Of a DNA stretch of 64,000 nt, positions 23,814 to 35,753 are shown piece by piece (positions within the stretch are counted from its first letter, which is position 1; every line of letters starts with the position of its first letter). The notes below the pieces were generated by a model, which had not been told where the DNA came from, ran no database searches, and worked only from the letters and a program-made list of their open reading frames with translations. This DNA is from Microthyrium microscopicum. Lineage: Eukaryota. The position numbers and the translations under genes were made by a program. Location of the stretch: positions 499,067-563,066 of the forward strand of contig MU004233.1 in assembly GCA_010405405.1 (NCBI GenBank), read 5' to 3'.

Positions 23814-26800
23814 ATGGCATCGACATCAGAAGCATCCAAAGCGCCTCGACGGTTCATACGGCCTAGTGTATGTCATACAACACCCTCTCCCATAAAGAAC
23901 TATATTCTCTGACCGTCGCTACAGCTTCGACAAGCTACGCTAGTTCTCCCCAAGACTGGAGAACATGTCCGTCGCGTCTTCACCCTTACTCCCAATGGCA
24001 ACGACTCGCCCAATGCCTCCTCCTCCGCTGTGCCTACCCGTCGACGCCCGCTCCTGCGGGGCAGCCCAGACTCGCTGTTAGAAATACTCTCCGTCTTGTC
24101 CGGCGGCTTTCTTGAAGCAGCAAATTCGACGACGGGACGCGGCGTCTTCAAATGCGCCATTGCGTACACACTCGGCTCGCTCTTTACATTCGTGCCTGGG
24201 TTGACAGACCTGCTTGGCCATGGCGATGGAAAGCATATGGTGGCTACAGTTAGCGTATACTTTCACCCGGCGCGCAGTATGGGCAGCATGCTGGAAGCGA
24301 CAGGTCTGGCATGCGCGGCATTCGTATATGCCGCTGTCGTGAGCTTTGCTAGCATGGCAGTCAGCTTGTTCTTCGGGCGGCAACATATGCTCACAGCAGG
24401 CCACGTAATCGTGTTGATAATATTCTGTGGTGGTGGACTTGGCGCGGTGGGCTGGACGAAGCAGAAACTGGGCAACCCGCTTGTCAACGTTGCGTGTTCG
24501 CTGGTTAGTCTAGTGATCATCACAGTACTGACGCGCGAGGGCTCGGTACAAGCCGCGAAGTTTTCGTACGACAAGGTGGTGCAAGTGCTCAAAATGGTGT
24601 CGATGGGCGTTTTGGCGTCGGCCCTGGTCTCGTTTTCGATCATGCCGCGTTCGGCGCGTAAAGAGCTACGTGATGATTTGGTTAAGATTACGGATTTGTT
24701 GGAGGAGATTTTGACGGCGATCACGAGGGGATTTTTGAGCGGGAGCGAGTATGATTTGGATAATGATTCATTTCGAGCTGCGCAGCGTGGATATAAGAGC
24801 ACGTTTACCTCGCTAGTGAAGAATTTGCGAGAAAGCAAATTTGAGCACTATGCAGTCGGTACCGCAGATGAGCACGAGATGGAAGTCAAACTGGTTAAAT
24901 GCATTGAGCGTCTTGCGCAAAGTCTATTCGGGCTCAGAAGTGCAGCCTCTACACAATTTCAGCTACTGGAAAAGGAACAAAATGGTTATGGAGGTCTTTC
25001 AAGGGTGTCATCTGAGGGTGACATGTTCTCGAGTCCAGTGCAAACGATGAATTCAGTAAACTTCGATCGGCCGACACATCTAACTTTGGATGCGATAGTA
25101 GAGCTTCCCGAATCACCACAAAATGAGCTAGATCGAATGATGACTGCGGAATCTCGAGGCTCTGTAACAGCTACTGGTGCAGCAGAGATATTTTCCATGT
25201 TCATCAGCCAATTGGGGCCACCCATGAAATCATTGGCATTTACATTGAAGGAAGTGCTCAACGAGTTGCCTTTTGGGCCACCACCAAAATATGACATTAC
25301 CTTCGATCAGAACTTCACCCATAGCTTAGAAGATGCGCGAGATCTTTATATCACGGCAAGAAAGGAGGCCTTGGAAATGTTGTATACTCAGCGAGTATGG
25401 GCAAGGAATCGATCTCCAGAGGTTGCGGCCGATTATGAAGAAGTCGCGGCAAGTTGTGGGCATTTCAGTTCCTCCCTTGAGGATTTTGCAGAAGATACGA
25501 TTCATTATTTGGAAATATTAGACGATCTCAAGGATCTTCTTCAAGCAAAACCACGACAGCGAAGTTGGAACTGGTTAAAATTCTGGAAACGCAAGTCCCC
25601 AAAAACCGAGCATTTACGTGAGGAAGAGGAGCGTCTTCTGGGTAGTCAAAATCCAGAATCATCGACTCGCCGAGAACCAAGTCCGCATCTCATAAAACAT
25701 CCCCGAGAACAAAAGATTGTCAAAAACAGAGATGAAAGCCATAGATCAGTACAAGTCTGGAAGCTCCTAGCTCCATTACGTCGGGAAGATATCAAATACG
25801 CGATCAAAGTTGGAACTGGTGCAGTCATATACGCCATGTTCTCGTTCATACCAGCAACTAGGCCAATTTATGCTCTGTGGCGTGGCGAATGGGGACTTTT
25901 GTCATACATGTTGGTAGCCTCCATGACGATAGGAGCGTCTAATACTACTGGCCTCCAGCGATTCATCGGTACATGCATGGGGGCCATCATAGGAGTTCTG
26001 TCATGGATCATATCAACAGGAAATCCAGTCGCACTTGCTTTCTTCGGTTGGTTGGTATCACTGTGGTGCTTTTACATCATTCTGGGGCAAGGGAAAGGAC
26101 CAATGGGTCGCTTTATCTTACTAACATACAACCTCTCTTGCCTATATGCGTATTCGCTGTCCGCAAAAGATGACGAAGACGATGACGATGAAGGTGGTAA
26201 TACACCAGACATCTACGAAATTGTCGGCCATCGAGTGGTTGCTGTTATCAGTGGCTGCCTCTGGGGCATCATCGTGACACGACTTATCTGGCCTATTTCT
26301 GCTCGTCGCAAGGTCAAAGATGGGACGGCCCTATTATGGCTACGAATGGGTCTAATCTGGAAGCGCGATCCACTGCAGATTTTACTCGATGGGCCAACTC
26401 GAAGTACTTACATGGACATTCGAGAATCAATTGACTTGCAGCGTTATCTCAATCGTCTAGAAGCGCTGAGGAGTAGCGCCACACACGAATTCGATCTGCG
26501 AGGACCTTTCGCCGATGCGACATACAGTCAGATTCTAGAGCGGACTGGAAGACTACTTGGCTCGTTCCATGCAATGAGCGTGGTAATATCCAAGGACCTT
26601 AAGGCATCACCTGGCGAAGCCGAGTTACTCCAACTAACAACCGGCGAGCGCAAAGAACTCTCTGCTCGCATCAGCCATTTGTTCTCCGGTAAGTTCCTTG
26701 ATTTCTCACTTACTTCTAGAAATTGACAAGTGCCAGTCCTCGCATCGTCCATGAAGCTAGAATACCCCATGAACGACACCCTCCCAAACATTGAGCATGC

Positions 26801-27053
26801 TCGTGATCGCTTTCTAGCCAAACTGTTCGCTTGCCGCAAACAAGAAAACCTAGAGAAGAAAGCTACAGACGAAGACTTTGAGGTTCTCTACGCCTACGGT
26901 ATGATTTGCACTCGACTGATGTTAGCAATCAGATGTTGACTGAGGATTATAGGTCTTGTAACTGGCCAGATCGCAGACGAAATTGAAGGCATTGGCAAGT
27001 GTATCGAGCAGCTCTACGGAGTGTTGGATGAAGATAGCTTGAAGTTGCGGTAG
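23814..27053 (+). CDS. FUSC / aromatic-acid-exporter (ArAE) family multi-pass membrane protein
   Basis: KCAIAYTLGSL, HMVATVSVYFHPARSMGSM, KYAIKVG, RGEWGLLSYM, RFIGT and WPISARRK, with two clusters of hydrophobic helices. ATG 23814 with phase-0 intron 23868-23924, further introns near 26688-26731 and 26899-26952, stop TAG 27051-27053. Confidence 0.85.
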
Positions 27054-28431
27054 ACCGGTCCAGAATGGGTCATCAAACATTTACTCAAGTGAGGCTCAAG
27101 ATCAGGGTTCAGATCAACTCACATCACGAAATAGATCTGCTCCATGACGGACCATTACTCGGGCCATTTTCTAACCCAGTTCTGATGGCTGGGATCGGTC
27201 ACAGGGTACCTTTCTCGAACAAGCCGCTTCCCACCAACTGGATTTGGCCCCAACCTGAAGTAATTCGACGTCTAACAAATTCAAACGAATAATTTCGAAT
27301 ACCCTTTGCAAGTGGATCGTTCTTCAACTTATACCCTAAATAGAGACAGAACTGACCCCACAGTAAAAGGTTATTTGTTGCTGTTTTTGGGTTTCTCGAG
27401 CAATTGTCTCCTTTGGCTTCTGGAAGTATGCGCAGCCTGCGAAACGCCAATGGCAAAGAGAGGTGTTTGAAAACACTAGCCCGTGGCTCGAAACGTTCAG
27501 ACCTTCCAAGATCTTCTTTAAGAGCCTCCAGGAACCGACAGGGGTAGGGTGTTGTGATTGGTGTGGAGACCTGTCAATATGCACATCATTGTTTTAGGTT
27601 CGCAGATTCAAGACAACTTCGCTACACCTTCAATGTACTGCGGATCTCGCAGCTTGCAACACCAAAAAATGTTATTAACTTTGCCGATTTGACAAAAACC
27701 CGGATTTCATGTGATTTGCGAGTATGGGTAGAGTTATTCCTGGTATGCTGATTTTGGGAGATCGATCATGGTTGAGTTGGGGGTCAGAGTTGGTTGTTTC
27801 AGTGCTTATGGGATATTTGGGCGGGAGGAATTGCGGGAGGAATGGCGGGAGGAATAACTCTATATTTCGAAGAGTCTAGTTGATTCTCACAGGCAACGCG
27901 AAATACTTTCTGCGAGTATGCTAACAGCAGTGTGGTTGACAACTTCGGCGTTGCATCCATACTACTCTACTCGAAGCTTGATGCCTTCAACAACCAAATA
28001 CGTCTTCACCAGCAATCAACCATGTTAATTTGAGAGGCTCATCAAGTAACAAAATGTTCTCCGCTTTCATGGATTAAACTAACATTTAATAGGTATTATG
28101 CAGATTTACAGGCCACAGTTTTGCACTAGCCAGGAACGCTGGATACTTCCGCAACGAACCCACTGTTTCGACTCCCGCATGTCACTTCTTGGCCGCATGA
28201 TCGACAACGGAGAATCGGACAACTAACTAACAACCATTAAGCAATTTTCGCTTTTCATACATGTATCCTGCATACAACATGTCGGAGAAATATAAATTCT
28301 GTATCAACGCCGGTCTTTTCTGCCCTTATCCACCAGATCGCTGATATCATTCCTTCTTCAGCATCTGTTCGAACTTCGCCTTTAAACACACAACCCACAC
28401 TCTTTCAGCAACTACAATCACTAAGCTCACC

Positions 28432-30823
28432 ATGGTTCAATTCAACGCCATTGTTCTGGCTGCGGCTATTGCAGACTCAGCATTAGCTGCTCCGGCTTTC
28501 GGTCCTTTCGGCTTGAACTTTCCTGGCCTTGCGTTCCCAGCGTTTAATCCAGCTGCAGCAAGTGGACAAAATTCACCAGCTACTGGCAATACACCGGCTA
28601 CTGGCAATGTACCAGCTTCAGGCAATGCACCGGCTATTCCAAAGTTCCCCAGCTTTCCCAAATTTCCAAAGCCGGCGGGCGCGCAAGGGGCCCCGCAAGC
28701 TTCAATAGCAGCAAATCCAAATGTCCCGCTCGGAACAGCAACTCCTAACGTTGTGCCAGCGATTCCAAATGGTCCAGCTGGTGCCTCTCCGAAAAGCCCC
28801 AAGGTACCAGCTGGTGCAGCTCCAAATGCGCCTCTTAATGGCCCAGCGACTGGAGTCTCGCCTTTGAGCCCAACAGTCCCAAAGATTCCAGCGGGCGGCG
28901 CCAATCCACGAGCTTCATCGTTTCCAAAGATTCCAGCAGGCGGCACTGCTCCCAAGATCCCAGCAGGCGGCTCTTCTCCTAAGATTCCCGCCGGTGCTGG
29001 TGTGGGTGGAGGAGCTGGTGCACCAACACCTCAAGTTTCGACGCTCCCTACTGTGCCAATTCCAGCTTCAAACCCATCGCCAGATGCTCCGCTATTCCCA
29101 AATATTGCGGGTGGTGCCTCGCCAAATGTTCCAGCAGTCCCGAATGTGCCCGCCGGAGGAGCATCTACCAACGGCCCAGCCACTGCTGGAGGAGCTTTGC
29201 CAAAAAGCATCATCCCTAAGGCAGGCGGAGGAGTCGGTGGAGGAGCCGGATCAGCAACAACGCCCTTTGCCATTCCCAAGCTGCCCAACTTCCCCGGATT
29301 CAACGGCCTGAGCTTTCCATTCAAGAAGGTAGCGCAAGGCGCCCAGATGTTCACAGCTTCCGATGTTTCTGATGGAAAGTGTGCGCCAGTCACTCTCATC
29401 TTTGCCCGTGGAACTGGCGAAATTGGCAACTTGGGAACCGTTGTTGGACCACAGCTCGTTGCTGCTTTGACGAAGGTTTTGCCACTCGATTCGCTCGCAG
29501 TTCAAGGAGTCAATTACTCCGCGTCTGCGGCCACAGCGGCTGTCAACGCGTTCAATCCTAAGGGTGCGGCCGGTGCTGTCTCCATGGCGTCTTTGATCAA
29601 CAATGCTGCTGAGGCTTGTGCTGATACCAAGGTCGTTCTTGCTGGGTATACGCAAGGAGCGGATATTGTTCGTGGTGCTTTGATGAATCTGGGACAAAAC
29701 AACAGTGTTGCCGTAAGTATTTCTGCAACGACCAAATGGGGTGCTTGCTAACATCGATTAACAGGCTGCTGTGACATTTGCCGACCCATTGGCCAAGCAG
29801 AAATTCGTCAACATTGATCCAGCAAAGACCAAAGTTAGTGGTTCTTCGGGTGCTGGAGCTATTGGCCTCGGAAGTGCAATTCATGTTTCTGGTGGTATCG
29901 CCAAGTCCATTGCAGCGGATGTTGCATTCATACTCAAAGCTGTTGGCATCACTGCCGCCAATGCAACCATTCCTGCCGCCAGCCCTGTGACGGGCGCCCC
30001 TCCAGCAGATGCTTCTCCAGCAGTTTCTGCCGTTCCTGCGGCATCTGGTCCTGGTGTTGGGGGTGGAGCCGGTGCTGGCTCTCCTGATGCTTCCTCGCCC
30101 ACCGATCTTCCACCCGCAGATGCGTCTCCCATAGCTCCATCTCCAGCAGCTCCAACCGGATCTGGTGAAGGTGCTGGTGCTGGCTCTCCAGATACCGTGC
30201 CCGCCAACGCACCACCCGCTGGTGATGGCTCTTCGGACCCTACCGATCCATCTACTCCAGACGCTGGTAGCGGCCTTGGAGGCGGCCTTGCATCTCCTGC
30301 CACTGGCGACCCAGCCGGCGGCCTCTTCCCTACAGGTTCTACCCCAGGTTTGGTACCAAGTCTTCCACCTCTGCCACCACTGCCAGGTCTCAACCAAAGC
30401 TTGCCATCAATCCCCGGCCTACCAACTGGTAACAGCCCTCAGCTCTCAGGTCTTTTGGGGTTCTTGTCATCTCTTGGACTCAAGAAGTCTGCCAAGTATC
30501 GCCGCTCAATCACTCGAGCTGGCTCAAGTCATCCATTGATTCCAAACATTACCCCAAGTGCCGGAGCAAAGAGCCCAATTGCCAGTGTCCCAATCGACGG
30601 AGGCGCTACAATTCAAGGAAGTGCTCCGCCAGCTTCCGCACCAGGATTGGTGCCAAGTATTCCTCAATCTCCTGCTGTGCCAGGCTTGAACCTTACACTC
30701 CCCACCATTCCCGGCCTTCCCACCGGCCACGCTCCCGAGATCTCTGCGGCCGGTCTTCTTAGCTTTTTGCAATCATTGGGAGTCAAGAAGTCACCAAAAT
30801 ATCGTGCCCCAAGCCGATCTTAA
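28432..30823 (+). CDS. Secreted cutinase-like protein with long Pro/Gly/Ala-rich N- and C-terminal extensions and an atypical active site
   Basis: Signal peptide; cutinase-fold motifs CAPVTLIFARGTGEIGNLG.VVGP, VQGVNYSA, AC.DTKVVLAGYTQGA and AAVTFADP. Intron 29713-29764 (GTAAGT..GCTAAC..ACAG) joins the two ORFs in frame. Confidence 0.85.
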
Positions 30824-31130
30824 GTAATGATAAGGATATGACTTGAAAGTCTTCTGAGCACCGGAAAATAGTGATCTTAATTTAATTGTAAACTAGATAG
30901 TAAATCCATGTTCCTTTAGCGATACCACTTTTCCAGCCTTGCGTGACCAATGTGTACATTATTGCTTTTGCAACGGCTACAAGGCTGAGAACATGTGCCA
31001 GCCTTGCGCTAGTTGTCAGTGGCGACCAATCATAGGGCAAGCTTCGATCACGCCATTGAGCCTCATTCCATCATATGGATACTCAATCGTTCGGAAAGCA
31101 CAGCTTCAATTGTTTCCTATCACACACAAA

Positions 31131-31988
31131 ATGGCGACCTTATTTTCTCGAACAGCTGCGCGCTTTGCCGCGCAGGCCGTACGGCCAAAATCCACACCAA
31201 TACGCCCCGCGCAATTGTCACAATTTGCTCGTCTAAGCAGCACGCAAGCCGAGCAACCAAGATTGCGCATAGGGTCACTCGGTAAGTGATAACAGCTTCC
31301 AAAAGCTCCAAGTAGACCCGAAAACATTCCAATGGCCATGCCAAACCAATTAATGAGCTAACGAAAGCTCCAAACAGCACCGAACTTCCAAGCCCAAACC
31401 ACCCACGGCGACATCGACTTCCACACCTACATATCCGACTCGTGGGCCATCCTCTTCTCCCACCCCGCCGACTTCACACCCGTCTGCACAACCGAGCTCG
31501 GCGCCTTCTCCCGCCTAAAACCCGAATTCGACACCCGAGGCGTCAAACTCCTCGCCCTCTCCGCCGACCCGCTCACATCCCACGAAAAATGGATCGCTGA
31601 CATCAACGAGACGCAAGACACTTCCATGAGCTTCCCGATAATCGCTGACCCAGAGCGCAAAGTCGCTTGGCTATACGATATGTTGACGGAAGAAGATGCG
31701 CTGAAAAAAGACATTGCGTTTACGATACGGGCGGTCTTTGTGATTGATCCGAGTAAGAAGATACGCTTAACGATGTTATATCCAGCGAGTACGGGGCGGA
31801 ATACGGCGGAGGTGTTGCGGGTGGTGGATAGTTTGCAGCTGGGTGATAAGAAGGGGGTTGCGACGCCGGTGGATTGGGTGGAGGGTGGGGATGTTATTGT
31901 GCCGCCGAGTGTGACGACGGCGGATGCGAGGAAGAAGTTTGGGGACGTTAGGGAGGTTAAGCCCTATTTGAGATATACGAGGGTGTAG
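31131..31988 (+). CDS. PRX1: 1-Cys peroxiredoxin (Prx6 class) with mitochondrial presequence
   Basis: Arg/Ala/Ser-rich leader, LRIGSLAPNF, FSHPADFTPVCTTELG, FPIIAD, YPASTGRN..EVLR..DSLQL. Intron 31282-31377. Confidence 0.93.
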
Positions 31989-32668
31989 AATTAAAACAGC
32001 GTAGGTGCGCTGCGGTGGCTCAGGGACGAGATAGTATCATAGTAATGTATTTGTGAGCTCGAAGTCGTCTAAAATGGACCCGCTCCTTTATATTAGAGGA
32101 GACAGTTGTAAATAAAACACCAGCTTCCACATATTTTGATCTATAAGGTTCATAATGACGCAGAAAATACACTACTAGTAAGATAAGAGATGGCGTCCCC
32201 TTTTCTGCTCATCTTCCTATTGTTACGTTGAGAAGGGGCAACCAACAGGGGCTGTTTCAGCCAAGAACAGGTGTTATTTAGATCTCTGAAGGGGCTGAGA
32301 TTCTGGTTCCTTAAGCATATTTTAACCAATACAAATACCATCAAGATCCTCTAATGCTGCTCTACATACATCAACGTTTTATTCAATAAGTTTCCTATCT
32401 TCCAGCGTGGGGTAGATGCTATATCAATTTACAAGAATACATGTAGAGAATATTCGACAAAAACTTGTTTTCTAGAAAACGGTCTTCATGGAACATCAAC
32501 TTGCAGACGGTACTCAAGATGCGCTAAATCTTATATAACGTCGAACCTCGGACTGCCATATCAGCCGATATGACTCACAGATAAGCAAGCTACTCTAGAA
32601 AAGATTTCAAAACCTTCAATAACTATCAACATTCTACAAATTCATTGCACGCTCTAAAATATTGAAAC

Positions 32669-33376
32669 ATGTCACAGAGCACTCCACTCTTGGGTGCAAT
32701 AGTCTCCAATACTGAGCCTTCACAACCCCCAGGGCCAGAGCCGTTGATAGGCAAACATGTCAGACTAGAGCTTCTAGAGGCCAAACACTACCCCGATCTC
32801 TGGGAAAGCTTTGGAACCCAAAACGATCTTTGGACATATTGGCTTGACGAGCCGCCCAGCTCGCTCGCTGAATTCAAGACCTACTTTGAGAATTTCTCAA
32901 CCACGGCTGGCATGCCGGATCTCTACGGCTACGCCGTTATCCCTTTATCCGGTCCCCACAAAGGCAAAGCACTCGGTATAGGCTGGGCACTCGTTGAAAA
33001 TCGCAAGAATCAAGTCGGCGAATTAGGCGCCTTCTTTGGACCCAAGTTATCCAGAACGCGAGCAGGCACGGAAGCGATCTATCTACTCGTGGATCTCATG
33101 TTTAGAAAGAATCATCGACGACTACAGTGGAAGACAAATGTGCTGAATGTGGCTTCTAGGAGGGCGGCGGAACGGTATGGGTTTGTGTTTGAGGGGACTT
33201 GGAGACAGCATATGATCAATAAGGGGAGGAGTAGGGATAGTTGTTGGTATTCGATTATTGATTCGGAATGGCCGGTTTGTAAGGAAGCGTTTGAGACGTG
33301 GTTGGACGATGGGAATTTTGATGAAGAAGGACAGCAGAAGAGGAAGATTGAAGAGATTAGGGACAGTCTGAAGTAG
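32669..33376 (+). CDS. GNAT acetyltransferase (RimJ/RimL-like)
   Basis: L.GKHVRLE, LSRTRAGTEA, RRLQWKTNVLN.ASRRAAERYGFVFEGTWRQHMI.KGRSRD..WYSIID.EWP and WLD.GNFD..GQQ. Confidence 0.9.
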   Translation: MSQSTPLLGAIVSNTEPSQPPGPEPLIGKHVRLELLEAKHYPDLWESFGTQNDLWTYWLDEPPSSLAEFKTYFENFSTTAGMPDLYGYAVIPLSGPHKGKALGIGWALVENRKNQVGELGAFFGPKLSRTRAGTEAIYLLVDLMFRKNHRRLQWKTNVLNVASRRAAERYGFVFEGTWRQHMINKGRSRDSCWYSIIDSEWPVCKEAFETWLDDGNFDEEGQQKRKIEEIRDSLK

Positions 33377-33770
33377 ATATTTATATTGTATATCTATACT
33401 ATGTGACTTGTGGGAAGAAAAACAAAAGCAAGGCATGCTCTTGGTAGACTCGCGAGTCACACAAACTCGCAACCATCATAACCTAAGAGCCTTGCGATCC
33501 AATCTGTTGGCTCTCATACAACGAATCCAAAGAAGACTCTTGAAACAGCACAACATTTCCTTAATTCCTTGCCATATTTCCCTGTACTAACAGGTATGTG
33601 ACAGACCTCCTGTTATGCTCGCGAGTGAGCGTTCCCCAATCTTCTCTCAGGCTATGACCTTGAAATATACCGTCGAGCAACAGGCTTGAATTGAATCTAT
33701 CATTGTAGTAAGGAGCACTTGCCTTGCACTCCCACCATAGTGACAACTGACAATACGTCTTCAAGCTCTC

Positions 33771-34832
33771 TTATGCTATACTTGATGTCGACGCGTCCGG
33801 CTCCGATGGAAGCTTCAACTCCTCCCCGTTCTTTGTCACCCAAATCTTGAAGTTTTCGTCTTCCAGAGTGTTGACCTTAGCTTTGAACTCGATATTTTCG
33901 AATCTCAGAGTCAAGGTATCTTGTATTTTCCATGTCTCCCAACGAAGAGCAAAGCGGAAGAACAATCTAATTATAGCAGGATGGTGTTCCTGCAAATCCC
34001 AAGAGCTTGGCTCGCTACCAATGCCGTAGTCTTTGAGGTCTGGAAACGGGAACTCTTCGATGTTGAAAATCAAGTTCTTGAATTTTGCGCTTCGCGTATC
34101 GCTTACAGTTTCCTGTGTTTTCTTACGATGCCCCCAGAAATCAGAACGGGCAAAATCCAACGCCGAGTAGGTGTGATTTTTCAGCAGTATGTCCAGAATG
34201 CATTGGTCGCATATCGGATCATACTCACTCTCATGGCGCCATTCTATGTCGAAATCACCGTACCATAGCTCTATATCGGACCGCTTCTTTGTGTGCAGTT
34301 CTTTGAATCGTCGAGGTGGTAACTTGCAATCGATCGTCAGCGATTCGTACGTTCGTCCTGCCAGTAATTCTGGTTGCTGGGATATTTGACAAGGCAAATG
34401 CGTCCAAGTCAGGCGCTGGTGTTCTGAACCGTACGAATCGCGTCTCAAGCCCCTCACGAAGGTCAACTGGAATTTGAGTGGAGTCCGATCAACAATGCGA
34501 AACTCGTCTATAATATCAGATATTTCTTTCGATGTTTGTCTAAGAATAGTTTCGTTCGAAAATGCCAGATCTGTCGTGTGAGCAGTTCTATTTTCGGAAT
34601 CCTCGCCCTCGGAATCCTCGCCGTCGACCGGGAAAGCGTAGTGCACAGATTTCGTAGTGGCTGGCTTACTAGCATTGTTGATGGCTTCCTCTAGAACCAT
34701 GACCTTGATTTCTGTAGGGAGCCCGGCCCAGTTGAATGCTTGATCATAATCATGGGCTTCTTGAGGCGTGCGCACTGCGGCGTTACTCTTGCTAGCGAGG
34801 TCTTGTTCGGCGGATTGGTTGGAAAAAGCCAT
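33771..34832 (-). CDS. Hypothetical protein with F-box-like N-terminal motif (paralogue A)
   Basis: 353-aa ATG ORF containing WAGLPTEIKVMVLE; collinear similarity to 35754-36827. Confidence 0.7.
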   Translation of the reverse strand: MAFSNQSAEQDLASKSNAAVRTPQEAHDYDQAFNWAGLPTEIKVMVLEEAINNASKPATTKSVHYAFPVDGEDSEGEDSENRTAHTTDLAFSNETILRQTSKEISDIIDEFRIVDRTPLKFQLTFVRGLRRDSYGSEHQRLTWTHLPCQISQQPELLAGRTYESLTIDCKLPPRRFKELHTKKRSDIELWYGDFDIEWRHESEYDPICDQCILDILLKNHTYSALDFARSDFWGHRKKTQETVSDTRSAKFKNLIFNIEEFPFPDLKDYGIGSEPSSWDLQEHHPAIIRLFFRFALRWETWKIQDTLTLRFENIEFKAKVNTLEDENFKIWVTKNGEELKLPSEPDASTSSIA

Positions 34833-35207
34833 GCCGATCTGGAATTCTATTTTGCGCGATGTGTTTAGCGGTGGGAATAAGCCTGGATTGCTGTAGCTGG
34901 TGCCGGAATGTGAAGGAGTCTGGGAAAGGGCGGTAAAGGATTGGTAAAGAAGTGGTCAACGCGATTTGAAGATGAGGGGAAGAGGTGTTGGGAGAAAGAC
35001 AATCAGCAAGACTTCCCTCGATGCTTTATAAGAATGATGGTCATGGATAACGGTGACTACAAGTCGAAGTAGTGACCGCGGTTTGTACTAAGCTGATATC
35101 GAGTGTGGCGAGGTGACCTCCAATTTAAGGTGACAGAAGGGAGCCCGACCCGCCTAACTTCCAGAAGAAGAGAAGAAAAGAGGAATAAAACAGAAGAACA
35201 GAAGAGT

Positions 35208-35415
35208 TATAGAGTTATAGAAGTATAGAAGTATAGAAGTATAGAAGTATAGAAGTATAGAAGTATAGAAGTATAGAAGTATAGAAGTATAGAAGTATAG
35301 AAGTATAGAANNNNNNNNNNTAGAAGTATAGAAGTATAGAAGTATAGAAGTATAGAAGTATAGAAGTATAGAAGTATAGAAGTATAGAAGTATAGAAGTA
35401 TAGAAGTATAGAAGT
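35208..35415. repeat. (TATAGAAG)n octamer satellite spanning a 10-N gap
   Basis: More than 20 visible copies. Ns at 35311-35320 mean the true length is unknown. Confidence 0.97.
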
Positions 35416-35753
35416 GGTGTAAATTGAATATACCATCGCTTTTTAAAGTCATGCATGACTGCAACTATGAAACCGCGGAAGTCTTCATAATTGGGTTTCG
35501 TGAGGATTATCTATATGAGACAATAACAAACATGACTTGTCGGCAATTGGAACAAACTAAGGTCCTCTTCTTCATCTGAGATTATTACCCATTGTGGTGC
35601 AGAAGTCCTCATGTCTCTCCCACATGCCCTCGACATTCAAATTGACTGACAGTCGAATCGCATCTCCATCACGACTCTGATCGACAGTTCTCGTTCAGTA
35701 ATCCATAATCATCAGTGACAGCTTGCGAGCGTGAGCCATGAATAGCTCACTAC

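Noticed and set aside
28437..30772. Long antisense ORFs over the cutinase-like gene
   Set aside because: Expected stop-poor shadows of Pro/Gly/Ala-rich coding sequence.
35154..35464. ORFs reading (YFYTSILL)n
   Set aside because: Artefacts of translating the TATAGAAG satellite across an N gap.
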